64,000 nucleotides of DNA, from NCBI GenBank assembly GCA_017505525.1, contig JAFVPB010000015.1, forward strand, positions 26-64,025. Direction: 5' to 3'. Positions 37,513 through 47,440 of the stretch are shown piece by piece. The position numbers and the translations under genes were made by a program. The notes under the pieces are model-generated. The model was not told the origin of the DNA. It made no database searches and saw only the letters and a list, made by a program, of their open reading frames with translations. The DNA comes from Clostridia bacterium (GTDB lineage Bacteria > Bacillota > Clostridia > UMGS1883). The number at the start of each line of letters is the position of its first letter. The first letter of the stretch is position 1.

Positions 37513-38694
37513 TCATTTATTCCTTTCTAATCTGTCGAAATATCCTGTGTATTTTACTTTTGGTGCATCAGGCAGAAGATATTCGCACAAATCTATAAAA
37601 TAATCGTCTGTCATTGATGCAATATAGTCTGCCACAATATCGTCGGGCGAGTTTTCCTCAATGTAGCTGCCCGCACCGTAATAGCCACGCCGCGTGTTGA
37701 TATAGTCTATATGATGCTTATAAATAATGCTTTCCTTATCTTCCTTTATTAAATCCTCGCGAAGCTTTTCATAAAGCATTTTAAACATAGGCTTCAGGCA
37801 TTTATCATACTGCTCGCTCACGCTCTGCGAAAGATAGATAGTTTTCATATTATCGCTCTTTGCATTTTTAAGAAGCTCGAAATAATCATCATCCATCTTT
37901 ATATATGGCTTTTTATAGCTGTTTTCAACTATATTAACAATAAAATTATTTATCGTGTAGGAATTATAGCTTCCGTCGCACTCAAGCTCCATTCCCGCGC
38001 GCTGGGCATCCTGCCTGTCTTTACCAACATAGGCTATTATGTCGCTCACGCGCACCACACACCCCTCAAGCGTTGAGGGAATAAGCTTTTTAATATTCGC
38101 CCTGTCTTTGTAGCACGATTCCACCTTTTTATCAAATTCCTCAAAACCTGAAATCGGCTTGGGGCTATACTTTTTCAGTTCAAGCTCGCCGTTGTGGCAC
38201 AGTATGCCATCGAGCGTATCGAGGCTTATATTAAGATTGAATATTTTATCAAGCACCCTCACGCTGTGAACATTGTGATTGAAATACCTTTTTGTGTGAG
38301 CATAGTAGCTATCATTTAAAAGACTTTCCCCTGCATGGCCGAAAGGCGTGTGCCCTATGTCGTGCCCAAGTGCTATGGCTTCTATTAAATCAAGGTTAAG
38401 ATTAAGCATTCTGCCAATGTTTCTTGCAATACGCGAAACAAGCTGAACATGAAGCGCTCTTCGTGTTATATCATCTTCCTTATAAAATGAAAAAACCTGT
38501 GTTTTATCGGTATATCTGTTATAAAAAGGATGGTGCATTATTTTTTCAATGTCCCTCACATAACAAGGCCGCCATAGGCTCGCCTTATCACGGTCGGAAT
38601 TTCGCCTTAATGCTTTTCCCTCTGTAAGCTTAAGCTCGTATTCAATTCTTTGTGATAATTCATCCGATAGTTTTAAATAGTCATTCTTCGCCAA
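37513..38694 (-). CDS. dGTPase-family HD-domain triphosphohydrolase
   Basis: HD motif 'ALGHDIGHTPFGHAGE' and dGTP triphosphohydrolase-like architecture. Confidence 0.75.
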   Translation of the reverse strand: MAKNDYLKLSDELSQRIEYELKLTEGKALRRNSDRDKASLWRPCYVRDIEKIMHHPFYNRYTDKTQVFSFYKEDDITRRALHVQLVSRIARNIGRMLNLNLDLIEAIALGHDIGHTPFGHAGESLLNDSYYAHTKRYFNHNVHSVRVLDKIFNLNISLDTLDGILCHNGELELKKYSPKPISGFEEFDKKVESCYKDRANIKKLIPSTLEGCVVRVSDIIAYVGKDRQDAQRAGMELECDGSYNSYTINNFIVNIVENSYKKPYIKMDDDYFELLKNAKSDNMKTIYLSQSVSEQYDKCLKPMFKMLYEKLREDLIKEDKESIIYKHHIDYINTRRGYYGAGSYIEENSPDDIVADYIASMTDDYFIDLCEYLLPDAPKVKYTGYFDRLERNK

Positions 38695-39175
38695 AGAGAC
38701 CCCGCCCCCTTTTTATAATTATTCCTGCAACAATTCCCGTAAGAACTCCTGCTATGCATCCCGATGCACAAAGCACAGGAACATAATAAATTGCACCCTT
38801 CCCCACAAGGAAATATGCACACATAAGCTGACCTAAATTATGGAATATGCCGCCGACAAGGCTAACTCCAACCACTGAAAAGCAGCGCATCTTCTTTGCT
38901 GCAAGCATCGCCAGAAGGCTAAGTGCCGCACCCGAAAGGCTGTATAAAAACACAGTGGGGCTTCCAAAAAGTGTACTGCACAAAAACACCTTTAAAAGTG
39001 CTACTATAACCGCACTTTTGTACCCTAAAAAATAAATCGCCAAAAGCACAGTAATATTCCCAAGCCCAAGCCTCACTCCGGGGGCAGGCGTGGGAATTAA
39101 ATTGTCTATTCCGCCTAAAATCACCGCAAGCGTCGCAAAAAGCGAAGCAAGCGCTATTTTTTTATTTTTTATCAT
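38681..39175 (-). CDS. Gx transporter family membrane protein (heptaprenyl diphosphate synthase component I-like)
   Basis: 164 aa with 5 TM helices; 'NLIPTPAPGVRLGLGN' is typical of this family. Confidence 0.6.
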   Translation of the reverse strand: MIKNKKIALASLFATLAVILGGIDNLIPTPAPGVRLGLGNITVLLAIYFLGYKSAVIVALLKVFLCSTLFGSPTVFLYSLSGAALSLLAMLAAKKMRCFSVVGVSLVGGIFHNLGQLMCAYFLVGKGAIYYVPVLCASGCIAGVLTGIVAGIIIKRGRGLFGEE

Positions 39176-39519
39176 AAAAGCACATCCGCTTCAGTTTCTT
39201 TTGTTTTTCCCTCCACAAGCACACTCACTCTGTTTGGAAGACAAACAATGCTTTGCCCCGCCTTACTTATCTCGCCCTTTTGGCACAATTTATTGGGGCA
39301 GCTCGTTTCCTTTATATAAACCCTGCCGTCATCAATCACAACGGTTGTTTTTCCGTATTCCGTTTCTATTTTCACTTTTGCGTTTTCCTTTAGTGAAAGC
39401 GTTTTATAAACCTCGCCATCCACATAGATGGAAACCTTTTCTCCGCCCGATGTAAACGCTCCCCACACTAAAAGCAAACCAACCACAAAACCCAGAACAA
39501 TAAAATCTGCTTTTTTCAA
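39172..39519 (-). CDS. NusG domain II-containing membrane protein (DUF1312)
   Basis: N-terminal TM helix and a 'CPNKLCQKGEISKAGQSIVCLPNRV' Cys motif. It is co-transcribed with the Gx transporter. Confidence 0.6.
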   Translation of the reverse strand: MKKADFIVLGFVVGLLLVWGAFTSGGEKVSIYVDGEVYKTLSLKENAKVKIETEYGKTTVVIDDGRVYIKETSCPNKLCQKGEISKAGQSIVCLPNRVSVLVEGKTKETEADVLL

Positions 39520-39582
39520 ATTATTTCATCCTTTTAAAGAAAAAGATAGGTATATATATTATATACCTATCCCCCCTCTATG

Positions 39583-40317
39583 TCAAGAAATGTATCGTTT
39601 AGCGGCATAGCCTACAATCCCCTCGTAATTCACAACATACCAGTCGCGCCACGCTCCCAGAACGGTAAGATTTGCGCCATTTGGCATCGATGCAAGAATC
39701 CGCGAATTCAGGTTTGGACGATTCCTCAGATTAAGCGTTCCACTTGATATATCTACCCTTGCCCGCCTCGGTGCCTGAGGATCTACAAGCGGTATTCCAA
39801 AATACTCTGCAACGGAAAGTGCAAGGTTTCTTCCTATAGCATCTATGTTATTCTTTATCCACTCGGCATCCTCCACATTATCGTGGTAACCAAGCTCCAG
39901 AAAAATTGCAGGAGCTCTTGTTTGGGTAACTTCTCCGATTTCTGTTGTGGGAAGCGCCCTCACATCACTTGGCACGGGATAAATCTTCTTAAGATTGCGC
40001 ACAAAAATATCGGCACCTCTTCTTCCAAGGATGCTCCCGGGCGAATAATACACGTCAATTCCCCTATAATCTCCGTACTGCCCCTCGGGAGCTGCATTAG
40101 TATGAATGGCAAGGTGCAAATCATAGTTTCCGCTGTTTGACTGTGCTATTGATGAAGCTGCCGTCATATCCTTTGTGTTTCTTGTATACTGCACCCCGCT
40201 TGATTGCAGATACCTCACCATCGCATCAGCGATAAGATTGGCATAGAATTCCTCGCTTCCTCCTGTAACATACATATTTCCTTCCTGTGTTGATGGACTA
40301 AGATATATTCTTGGCAA
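39583..40317 (-). CDS. N-acetylmuramoyl-L-alanine amidase (amidase_3, CwlC-like) with C-terminal SH3-like domain
   Basis: Amidase_3 motifs 'LAIHTNA' and 'FLELGYHDN', plus a C-terminal SH3_3-like 'GTLNLRNRPNLNSRILASMPNGANLTVLG'. Confidence 0.75.
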   Translation of the reverse strand: MPRIYLSPSTQEGNMYVTGGSEEFYANLIADAMVRYLQSSGVQYTRNTKDMTAASSIAQSNSGNYDLHLAIHTNAAPEGQYGDYRGIDVYYSPGSILGRRGADIFVRNLKKIYPVPSDVRALPTTEIGEVTQTRAPAIFLELGYHDNVEDAEWIKNNIDAIGRNLALSVAEYFGIPLVDPQAPRRARVDISSGTLNLRNRPNLNSRILASMPNGANLTVLGAWRDWYVVNYEGIVGYAAKRYIS

Positions 40318-40447
40318 ATTATCACTCCTCTACTTTAGTATATGCATTCTCCCTGAAATCGCCCCTGATTTGACAAAAATGCTGTATTGCTGTATAATAC
40401 AGTGTGAATTTTCAAAATTTTTATATGGAGATTATTTTATGAAAAAA

Positions 40448-41842
40448 TTTATATCATTAACCCTTGCGGTTTTACTTGTGCTTTTAAGTTTTCAAAGCGC
40501 ATTTGCCGCGCCAAGAATTCCCGTGTATAAAGTTGGGAATGTTTTATACTTTTTCGATAAATCATCGGGAACAATCACTGGCTTTGCGGGAGAGCCGAAA
40601 GACCTTATTATCCCTACAGAACTTAACGGACATAAGGTAGTTTCAATCGGAACGGGAGCATTTTCATCCTGTCCAACGCTTTCAACGCTTTCAATTCCCT
40701 ATGGCGTATGCTCGATTTCTGCAAATGCGTTTTCGGGATGCACCAATCTTATGTCTGTTGAGATAGGGGCCACTGTTTCGTTTATAGGCGATAGCGCTTT
40801 CAGGGATTGTACATCTCTTTCACGCGTAACATTTTTAGGCTTGCTTGATAACATTGAATCAAATGCTTTTTACAACACTCCGTGGATTACAAATTCCACC
40901 GATGAATTTGTAATGCTTGGCGGAACAACACTTATTAAATACAACGGAACAAGTGAAAGAGTTGTTGTGCCCGCGGGCGTAAAAAAAATTGAAGCTAATG
41001 CCTTCAGCTGGAACCCCTCTATTAAAGAGGTTGTTCTCCCTTATGGCTTGCAGAAAATAGGCGACAATGCCTTTGTGCACTGCTACAGTCTTGAAAAAAT
41101 AGAAATTCCGTCTACCGTTGCATATATCGGCACAGGTGCCTTTGACGATACAATATGGCTCAACAATCAGGAGGGCAACTTTATTTGTGTTAACGGTATA
41201 CTTATTGCCTACCGCGGAAATGATAAAAGCGTAATAATTCCTGATGGCATAACGGGTATTGGAAGCGGTGCCTTTATGTCGAATGAAAGTCTTATGTGTG
41301 TTACCGTTCCTGAAAGTGTTCTATATATTGATACCCTTGCATTTTCAGGATGTTCAAACCTTATCTGTGCTAATATTTCCCATTCTGTAGAATGGATTGA
41401 CGAATATGCTTTTTCGGGATGCACCAAGCTTTCTCTCTGTGTAACAGAGGGCACCTATGGCGAAAATTACGCCCAGAGTATGGAAATAATCATAAGCCGT
41501 CCTGTCCCTGCATATTACAACTGGAATCAGGTTATTTTCGACGGAGTCTATCCTCTTCTCCTGAATGGAACAGCTTATATTCCTCTTCGTGCCGTTTTAG
41601 AGGATTTGGGCTACACCGTTTTGTGGGATAATATATCAAAAAGCACTAAATGTGTTAAAGGAGATTATTATTTTATAATAGAGCAGAGCGGTAGAGTGCT
41701 TATCAATTCACAAATTGCATGGTTCACAGCGGAACCAATCAATATAAAAGGAAAAACGCTCTATCCGTCAAACATTGTGAGTCTTCTTACGGGAAACACT
41801 ATAGAATGGAACGAGCAGTCAAAGAGTATTATGATATATTAA
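40448..41842 (+). CDS. secreted BspA-type leucine-rich-repeat protein with C-terminal copper-amine-oxidase N-terminal-like (stalk) domain
   Basis: Signal peptide 'LLVLLSFQSAFA', 8-9 BspA-like LRR units ('IGDSAFRDCTSL', 'IEANAFSW...') and a C-terminal 'YIPLRAVLEDLGYTVLWDNISKS'. The start is the ATG at 40448 after a GGAG RBS. Confidence 0.65.
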   Translation, partial: FISLTLAVLLVLLSFQSAFAAPRIPVYKVGNVLYFFDKSSGTITGFAGEPKDLIIPTELNGHKVVSIGTGAFSSCPTLSTLSIPYGVCSISANAFSGCTNLMSVEIGATVSFIGDSAFRDCTSLSRVTFLGLLDNIESNAFYNTPWITNSTDEFVMLGGTTLIKYNGTSERVVVPAGVKKIEANAFSWNPSIKEVVLPYGLQKIGDNAFVHCYSLEKIEIPSTVAYIGTGAFDDTIWLNNQEGNFICVNGILIAYRGNDKSVIIPDGITGIGSGAFMSNESLMCVTVPESVLYIDTLAFSGCSNLICANISHSVEWIDEYAFSGCTKLSLCVTEGTYGENYAQSMEIIISRPVPAYYNWNQVIFDGVYPLLLNGTAYIPLRAVLEDLGYTVLWDNISKSTKCVKGDYYFIIEQSGRVLINSQIAWFTAEPINIKGKTLYPSNIVSLLTGNTIEWNEQSKSIMIY

Positions 41843-41941
41843 TGTTTAAATTCTTCATGCCGCAAAAAGGCAGCAGATATAATACTATAAAATTAAAAAG
41901 GGGATGTTTAAGGCATCCCCTTTTTTGTTAAGGAGGCAGTT

Positions 41942-43468
41942 ATGCGTAAGCTATTAAAAATTCTATTCAGCCAGATTGTTATAATCAGTCTTCTTTTAAT
42001 TTTACAAATTGCTCTCATCGTCTACTCTGTTTTAAGGCTTAGCCAGTACTTTATTTATTTTGATTTATTTCTTAAGCTTATAAGCTTAATTGTCGTTATA
42101 TTTATCATGAATCGCCACTCCAATCCTATTTATAAGCTTGCGTGGGTTGTTCCTATAGTAAGTTTCCCACTTCTGGGAGGATTTTTCTATCTCTTTATAA
42201 TGGGTCAGCGTCAAACAAAAAATTTCTTTAAAAGACTTTCCACTATTGAAAAGGAAACCACAAAAGATTTTGTGCAGGATAGTAATGTTTTTAACGAAAT
42301 TGCCCAGAATCACCCCGAAAGAAAATCTACTATCACCTATATAAACAAGGTTTCAGGTCTTAATGCCTATCGCCTTGATGAAGCGCAGTATTTTTCTGTG
42401 GGAGAGGAAAAATGGAAAGCACTTCTGTGCGAGCTTGAAAAAGCGGAAAAATATATCTTTCTTGAATATTTTATAATTAAAGACGGCACTATGTGGAAAA
42501 GCATTCTTGAGATATTGAAGCGCAAAGCAAAAGAGGGAATTGATGTGCGCGTTATGTACGATGGAATGGGAAGCATGGAAAACTTTCCTATATCATACCC
42601 TAAAACACTTGAATCCTATGGAATAAAGTGCCGTGTTTTCAGTCCTTTCACGCCTTTTCTTTCTGCCCTTCAGAATAACCGCGATCACAGAAAAATTGCC
42701 GTTATAGACGGAAAAACCGCTTTCACCGGCGGAATAAACCTTTCAGATGAATATGTTAACATTGACTACAAGCACGGCCATTGGAAGGATATGAGCGTAA
42801 TGATTAAAGGCGAGGGTGCGTTCAGTTTTGCCATTATGTTTCTCCAGCTTTGGTCTATGGTAAGCGGTGAAAAGCCTAACCCCGCGCTCTACCGCCCTGA
42901 ATACAGCGCACCGCAAGGCACAGGCTATGTGATGGGTTATGCCGATATACCTCTTGACAAATACCAGACGGGAGAGTTTGTGTATCTTGATATAATCAAC
43001 AAAGCAAAAAAATATGTGTATATAACCACCCCCTATCTTATCCTCGACCACGAAATGGTGGTGGCACTTACAAATGCTGCCCTTTCGGGGATTGATGTTA
43101 AGATAATCTGCCCGCTCGCAGTCGACCACTGGTATGCGCGCGCAGTGGCTTACAGCTATTATAAAGAGCTTATCGAAAGCGGCGTGAAAATATACGAATA
43201 CACCCCCGGCTTTATCCACGGAAAAACTTTCTGCTCCGATGGAGAAATCTGTGTTGTGGGAAGCATCAATCTTGATTACCGAAGCTTATATCTTCATTTT
43301 GAATGTGCTTCTTTGTTTATTGATTCTCCTGTTGTGCAATCAGTCTACAGCGATTTTAAGGAAACACTTAAAAAGTGCCGCCTTATAACCAAGGAAGAAT
43401 GCGACAGTATCCCCCCACACAAAAAGATACTCTATGCAATACTCCGACTATTCGCACCTCTTATGTAG
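41942..43468 (+). CDS. cls: cardiolipin synthase
   Basis: Two N-terminal TM helices and two PLD HKD motifs ('HRKIAVIDG', 'HGKTFCSDGE'). Confidence 0.9.
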   Translation: MRKLLKILFSQIVIISLLLILQIALIVYSVLRLSQYFIYFDLFLKLISLIVVIFIMNRHSNPIYKLAWVVPIVSFPLLGGFFYLFIMGQRQTKNFFKRLSTIEKETTKDFVQDSNVFNEIAQNHPERKSTITYINKVSGLNAYRLDEAQYFSVGEEKWKALLCELEKAEKYIFLEYFIIKDGTMWKSILEILKRKAKEGIDVRVMYDGMGSMENFPISYPKTLESYGIKCRVFSPFTPFLSALQNNRDHRKIAVIDGKTAFTGGINLSDEYVNIDYKHGHWKDMSVMIKGEGAFSFAIMFLQLWSMVSGEKPNPALYRPEYSAPQGTGYVMGYADIPLDKYQTGEFVYLDIINKAKKYVYITTPYLILDHEMVVALTNAALSGIDVKIICPLAVDHWYARAVAYSYYKELIESGVKIYEYTPGFIHGKTFCSDGEICVVGSINLDYRSLYLHFECASLFIDSPVVQSVYSDFKETLKKCRLITKEECDSIPPHKKILYAILRLFAPLM

Positions 43469-43497
43469 GGGAGGGCCTCTGTGCCCTCCCGTTTTTT
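43464..43497 (+). terminator. rho-independent terminator after cls (second copy of repeated terminator)
   Basis: GGGAGGGcctctgtgCCCTCCC followed by GTTTTTT, near-identical to 34234-34266. Confidence 0.6.
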
Positions 43498-43562
43498 CTT
43501 TACCTTGACTTTTTCTTTAAAACATAGTAATATGAGAATGATTATCAAATTGGAGGCGCATT

Positions 43563-43967
43563 ATGAAAGCACCCTACAACACGAAGCAAAAATCTGTAAT
43601 TCTTGAATTCCTTAAGGAAAACAACCGCCACTACACCGCACGCGAGCTTGCAGATAGCCTTAAAGATAAAGCTTCCACCGCCACGATTTACAGGCAGCTT
43701 GAAAGCCTTGTTGAAAGCGGACTTGTGCGAAAATTTATAACGGGAGATTCTGCCTGTTATCAGTATGGAGAAATCTGCGAGGAAAGTCATTTCCATTTAA
43801 AATGCACCAAGTGCGACACTCTTTATCACGTTGATTGCAGCTTTCTTTCCGAGCTTTCCGGCCATATAAAATGCCACCATAATTTCACTGTAGATAACAG
43901 TCGCACCGTTATGTATGGAATTTGCGAGAAATGTTCAGCCTCAAGCCGTTTAGGAGAAAACTTATGA
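43563..43967 (+). CDS. zur: Fur-family metalloregulator (Zur-like)
   Basis: Winged-helix N-terminus, 'HFHLKCTKCDTLYHVDC' and 'CEKC' metal sites. It lies directly upstream of znuCB-like genes. Confidence 0.75.
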   Translation: MKAPYNTKQKSVILEFLKENNRHYTARELADSLKDKASTATIYRQLESLVESGLVRKFITGDSACYQYGEICEESHFHLKCTKCDTLYHVDCSFLSELSGHIKCHHNFTVDNSRTVMYGICEKCSASSRLGENL

Positions 43968-44653
43968 CAGATATTATAAAAGTAAAAAACCTCTCTGTTT
44001 CATACGAGGGAAAAAAAGTTATTGAAAACATCTCGTTTAACGTTGAAGAAAACGATTTTCTGGTTATCTTTGGCGAAAATGGAAGCGGAAAAAGCTCGCT
44101 GATAAAAGCAATGCTTTCATTGAAAGAGCCATCGGGAGGAGAAATTGAATTTTCGGGCGGTCTTTCCCCGCACGAAATAGGATATCTCCCCCAAACCTCG
44201 CTTGCTCAGCGCGGATTTCCTGCATCGGTAAGGGAAGTTGTAATTTCAGGTTGCCTTAACAAAATGGGGAAACGTGCGTTTTACGGAAAAAAAGAAAAAG
44301 CTCTCGCTGAAGAAAAAATGGAGCTTCTTGATATACAGAACCTTAAAAACGAAAGCTTTCAGAATCTTTCGGGCGGACAGATGCAGCGCGTTCTTTTGGC
44401 GCGCGCACTTTGTTCGGCAGGGCGTGTGCTTCTTTTAGATGAACCCACAAGCGGACTTGATCCCAGTAAAACGGCAGATTTTTATGAATTAATTTGTCGT
44501 ATCAACGCTCAGGGCACTGCAGTAATTATGGTTTCTCACGATGTTCACAGCTCGCTTTCCGTTGCAAAGCATGTGCTTCATATCGGCAACCATTCTGCAT
44601 TGTTTTACGGCACAGCTCACGATTACGAGCTTAGTTCTCTTATAGAAGATTAG
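43964..44653 (+). CDS. znuC: metal (zinc) ABC transporter ATP-binding protein
   Basis: Walker A 'GENGSGKSS', signature 'LSGGQMQRV' and Walker B 'LLLDEPTSGLD'. The start is the ATG at 43964 after a GGAGAA RBS. Confidence 0.85.
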   Translation: MTDIIKVKNLSVSYEGKKVIENISFNVEENDFLVIFGENGSGKSSLIKAMLSLKEPSGGEIEFSGGLSPHEIGYLPQTSLAQRGFPASVREVVISGCLNKMGKRAFYGKKEKALAEEKMELLDIQNLKNESFQNLSGGQMQRVLLARALCSAGRVLLLDEPTSGLDPSKTADFYELICRINAQGTAVIMVSHDVHSSLSVAKHVLHIGNHSALFYGTAHDYELSSLIED

Positions 44654-44661
44654 GTGATTTT

Positions 44662-45480
44662 ATGGATACAATAATTTCTCTTTTTTCATACGGATTTATA
44701 TTACGTGCCATCATCGTTGGAATAATGGTAAGTTTATGTGCCTCGGTGCTTGGAGTAAATCTTGTTTTAAAGCGCTACAGTATGATAGGCGATGGTTTAA
44801 GCCATGTCTCATTCGGTGCGCTTGCCCTCGCTGCAGCACTCAATGCGGCGCCTTTGGCGGTTTCTGTTCCCATAGTAGTAATTGCAGCATTTTTTCTTCT
44901 GCGAATTACGGAAAACAGTAAGCTCAGCGGAGATGCCATGATTGCCGTTTTTGCTTCATCATCACTTGCTTTCGGTATAATTATAACAAGCCTTACTACG
45001 GGGATTAATGCCGATATCTGCAACTATATGTTCGGAAGCATCCTTGCAATGAGCACTACCGATGTGTTTATAAGCATAATCCTTTCCTTAATTGTGCTTA
45101 TTATGTATCTTATATTCTACAATCGTATTTTTGCCATAACATTTGATGAAAATTTCAGCCGTGCAACAGGCGTTAAAGTAGATATTTATAATATGCTTAT
45201 TGCCGTTTTAACTGCTCTTACAATCGTTCTGGGCATGAGAATTATGGGGTCCCTTTTAATTTCAAGTCTTATAATTTTCCCCGCCCTCAGCGCTATGCGG
45301 GTTTGCAAACTTTTTAAAAGCGTTATAATCACCTCGGCAATAATCAGTATTGTATGCTTCTTTTTTGGCATTATCTTTTCCTATACTCTTGAAATCCCTG
45401 TTGGAGCAAGCGTGGTGTGTGTAAATTTGTGCACATTCATCATATTTTTCATAGTTGGAAAAATTAAAGAAAAAAATTGA
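44662..45480 (+). CDS. znuB: metal (zinc) ABC transporter permease
   Basis: 272 aa with 8 TM helices, of the ZnuB/ABC-3 family. Confidence 0.85.
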   Translation: MDTIISLFSYGFILRAIIVGIMVSLCASVLGVNLVLKRYSMIGDGLSHVSFGALALAAALNAAPLAVSVPIVVIAAFFLLRITENSKLSGDAMIAVFASSSLAFGIIITSLTTGINADICNYMFGSILAMSTTDVFISIILSLIVLIMYLIFYNRIFAITFDENFSRATGVKVDIYNMLIAVLTALTIVLGMRIMGSLLISSLIIFPALSAMRVCKLFKSVIITSAIISIVCFFFGIIFSYTLEIPVGASVVCVNLCTFIIFFIVGKIKEKN

Positions 45481-45485
45481 AAAAC

Positions 45486-45516
45486 CTATTGACTTTTACA
45501 CTTAAAGGCTTATAAT
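45486..45516 (+). promoter_or_regulatory. sigma-70 consensus promoter upstream of ABC exporter
   Basis: TTGACT-17nt-TATAAT. The ~90-nt leader contains a long-range stem AGCCGAAAAA/TTTTTCGGCT next to the AAGGAGG RBS. Confidence 0.55.
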
Positions 45517-45609
45517 ACATCATAACAAGATGCGTCAGCCGAAAAACGCCGAAATTTCACCATTTCAGGCGGGTTTAGATTATTCTTTTTCGGCTAAGGA
45601 GGTTTTTTA

Positions 45610-47403
45610 ATGAATGAAAAACACACCTATAAAGGCTTTTGGAACTATATGGCAAAATATCTTACAAGCTATAAAAAGGATATCGTAAAAACTGCCATTT
45701 TTTTACTGATTGTGGGCGTTTGCGTTGCCTGTCAGCCACTTGTAATCAAGTATATTGTTGACGATGGCATTTCAAATCCGCGCCTCAACGCAGGCGAAAA
45801 AATGTCGTTCGTAGGTATCCTTTGCGGTATATATATGTTTTTTGGCGTTCTCCGTATGATAACGTGGAAAACGGCACTTAAAAGCATGCTCAAAGCACTC
45901 GAGGGCTCAATTTTCAAGCTGAGAAGCGATTTCTTTTCGCACGTTCAGCATATGTGTATGAAGTTTTACGATAAAACCTCGGCGGGCGAGCTTTTCAACT
46001 GCATTATGGGATCCCCCATCGTAAATATGAAAACGTATATGCAGCAAATATTCATAAATGCCCCCTATCAGGCGGTAACGTTTGTAATTTCTCTTGTAGC
46101 ACTCACTTCTTACGATATTTACCTCACACTTATAATGCTTTTAACGGCATTTTTAATGGCACTTGTAAATATTCTCTCGCGCAAAAAGATTAAGGCTGCA
46201 TTTAAGGACTACATAAAAACAGAAACGGAAGCAAGCCACTATCTTAACGACACGCTTCACGGTATGGATGCCGTTAAGCTCTATTCTATAGAGGACTATA
46301 GCTTTAAAACATTCCAGCGATTTATTTCATCTATGTTTGAAAAAAGCTCCCACGCCGTTATAACCCAGGAGGTTGAGGCGCAAAAACCGCAGTTTTTCAC
46401 ATTCCTCGGAACCTGCACAATCTATATTGTGGGAGCTCTTTTCTGCATACGCGGAAGAATAAGCGTGGGCGAGCTCTATGCCTTTATTTCAAGTATGGGT
46501 ACAATTTTAGGTCTTCTTACAACATGGCTTACAATCGGTCTTACGAAAAACAGCGCAGAGGTTGGCCTTTATAAAATCCTCTCAATTCTCGATACTCAGT
46601 CTTCAACTCCCGATAGTCCCACAGGTTATAAAAGAAGCGTTGATGTTGAGCGTGCAAACGCAAAACAAAACGATAAGCCCTGTATTGAATTTGAAAATGT
46701 AACCTTCGGTTATGATGATAAAAAAATATTCAATGGTCTTAACTGCAGCATTAAATATAACGAAAGCATTGCTCTGGTAGGTTCATCGGGAAGCGGTAAA
46801 TCCACATTCATAAAGCTTCCAATCCGCCTTTATGATGTTAATGGAGGAACTGTTAAAATGCACGGCCAGGATGTGCGCGATTTCGATATTCACGATTTAA
46901 GAGTTTCGTTTGGTATCGTTCCTCAGAACCCGTTTATATTCTCGGGCACCATATGGGAGAATATCACCCTTGCTCATCCCGAGGCTACAAGCCTTGACGT
47001 TATAAACGCAATGGAAATTGCCCACGTTCACGAATTTGTGAACGAACTGCCCGATGGTTGGGCAACACGCGTGGGCGACGGTGCACTTAATCTTTCGGGC
47101 GGACAGAAGCAGAGGCTTGCTATCGCACGCGCCATTTTAGGAAATCCCGACGTTCTTATTTTCGACGAGGCTACAAGCGCACTCGATAATATTTCAGAGC
47201 ACCATATTCAAGAGGCTATGGAAGAACTTATGAAAACTCACACCGTTATAATCGTGGCACACCGCCTTTCGACCATCCGCAACGTAAACAGAATAATGGT
47301 GTTCGACCGTGGCGAAATAGTGCAGGAAGGAAACTTTACCGAACTTCAGAATCAGGAAGGACTATTTAAGGAACTACTCGATGCCGCACAAACCAACAAT
47401 TAA
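45610..47403 (+). CDS. ABC transporter, fused permease/ATP-binding (ABCB/MsbA-type exporter)
   Basis: N-terminal 6-TM domain and a C-terminal NBD with 'GSSGSGKST', 'LSGGQKQRLAIARA' and 'LIFDEATSALD'. Confidence 0.85.
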   Translation: MNEKHTYKGFWNYMAKYLTSYKKDIVKTAIFLLIVGVCVACQPLVIKYIVDDGISNPRLNAGEKMSFVGILCGIYMFFGVLRMITWKTALKSMLKALEGSIFKLRSDFFSHVQHMCMKFYDKTSAGELFNCIMGSPIVNMKTYMQQIFINAPYQAVTFVISLVALTSYDIYLTLIMLLTAFLMALVNILSRKKIKAAFKDYIKTETEASHYLNDTLHGMDAVKLYSIEDYSFKTFQRFISSMFEKSSHAVITQEVEAQKPQFFTFLGTCTIYIVGALFCIRGRISVGELYAFISSMGTILGLLTTWLTIGLTKNSAEVGLYKILSILDTQSSTPDSPTGYKRSVDVERANAKQNDKPCIEFENVTFGYDDKKIFNGLNCSIKYNESIALVGSSGSGKSTFIKLPIRLYDVNGGTVKMHGQDVRDFDIHDLRVSFGIVPQNPFIFSGTIWENITLAHPEATSLDVINAMEIAHVHEFVNELPDGWATRVGDGALNLSGGQKQRLAIARAILGNPDVLIFDEATSALDNISEHHIQEAMEELMKTHTVIIVAHRLSTIRNVNRIMVFDRGEIVQEGNFTELQNQEGLFKELLDAAQTNN

Positions 47404-47440
47404 AAAAAGTGCTGAACGATTAAGCTCGTTCAGCACTTTT
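47404..47440. terminator. bidirectional terminator between convergent genes
   Basis: GTGCTGAACGAttaagCTCGTTCAGCAC hairpin flanked by A-runs and T-runs. Confidence 0.6.

Noticed and set aside
37513-38694. dGTPase-like HD protein as an antiphage dNTP-depletion defence gene
   Set aside because: It sits in a housekeeping context next to gltX with no island features, so it is more likely the ordinary dGTP triphosphohydrolase paralogue.
43500-43560. Zur box upstream of zur
   Set aside because: Only a weak TAAT-N9-ATTA dyad was found (TAATATGAGAATGATTA). It does not match the Firmicutes TCGTAATnATTACGA core well enough to call.
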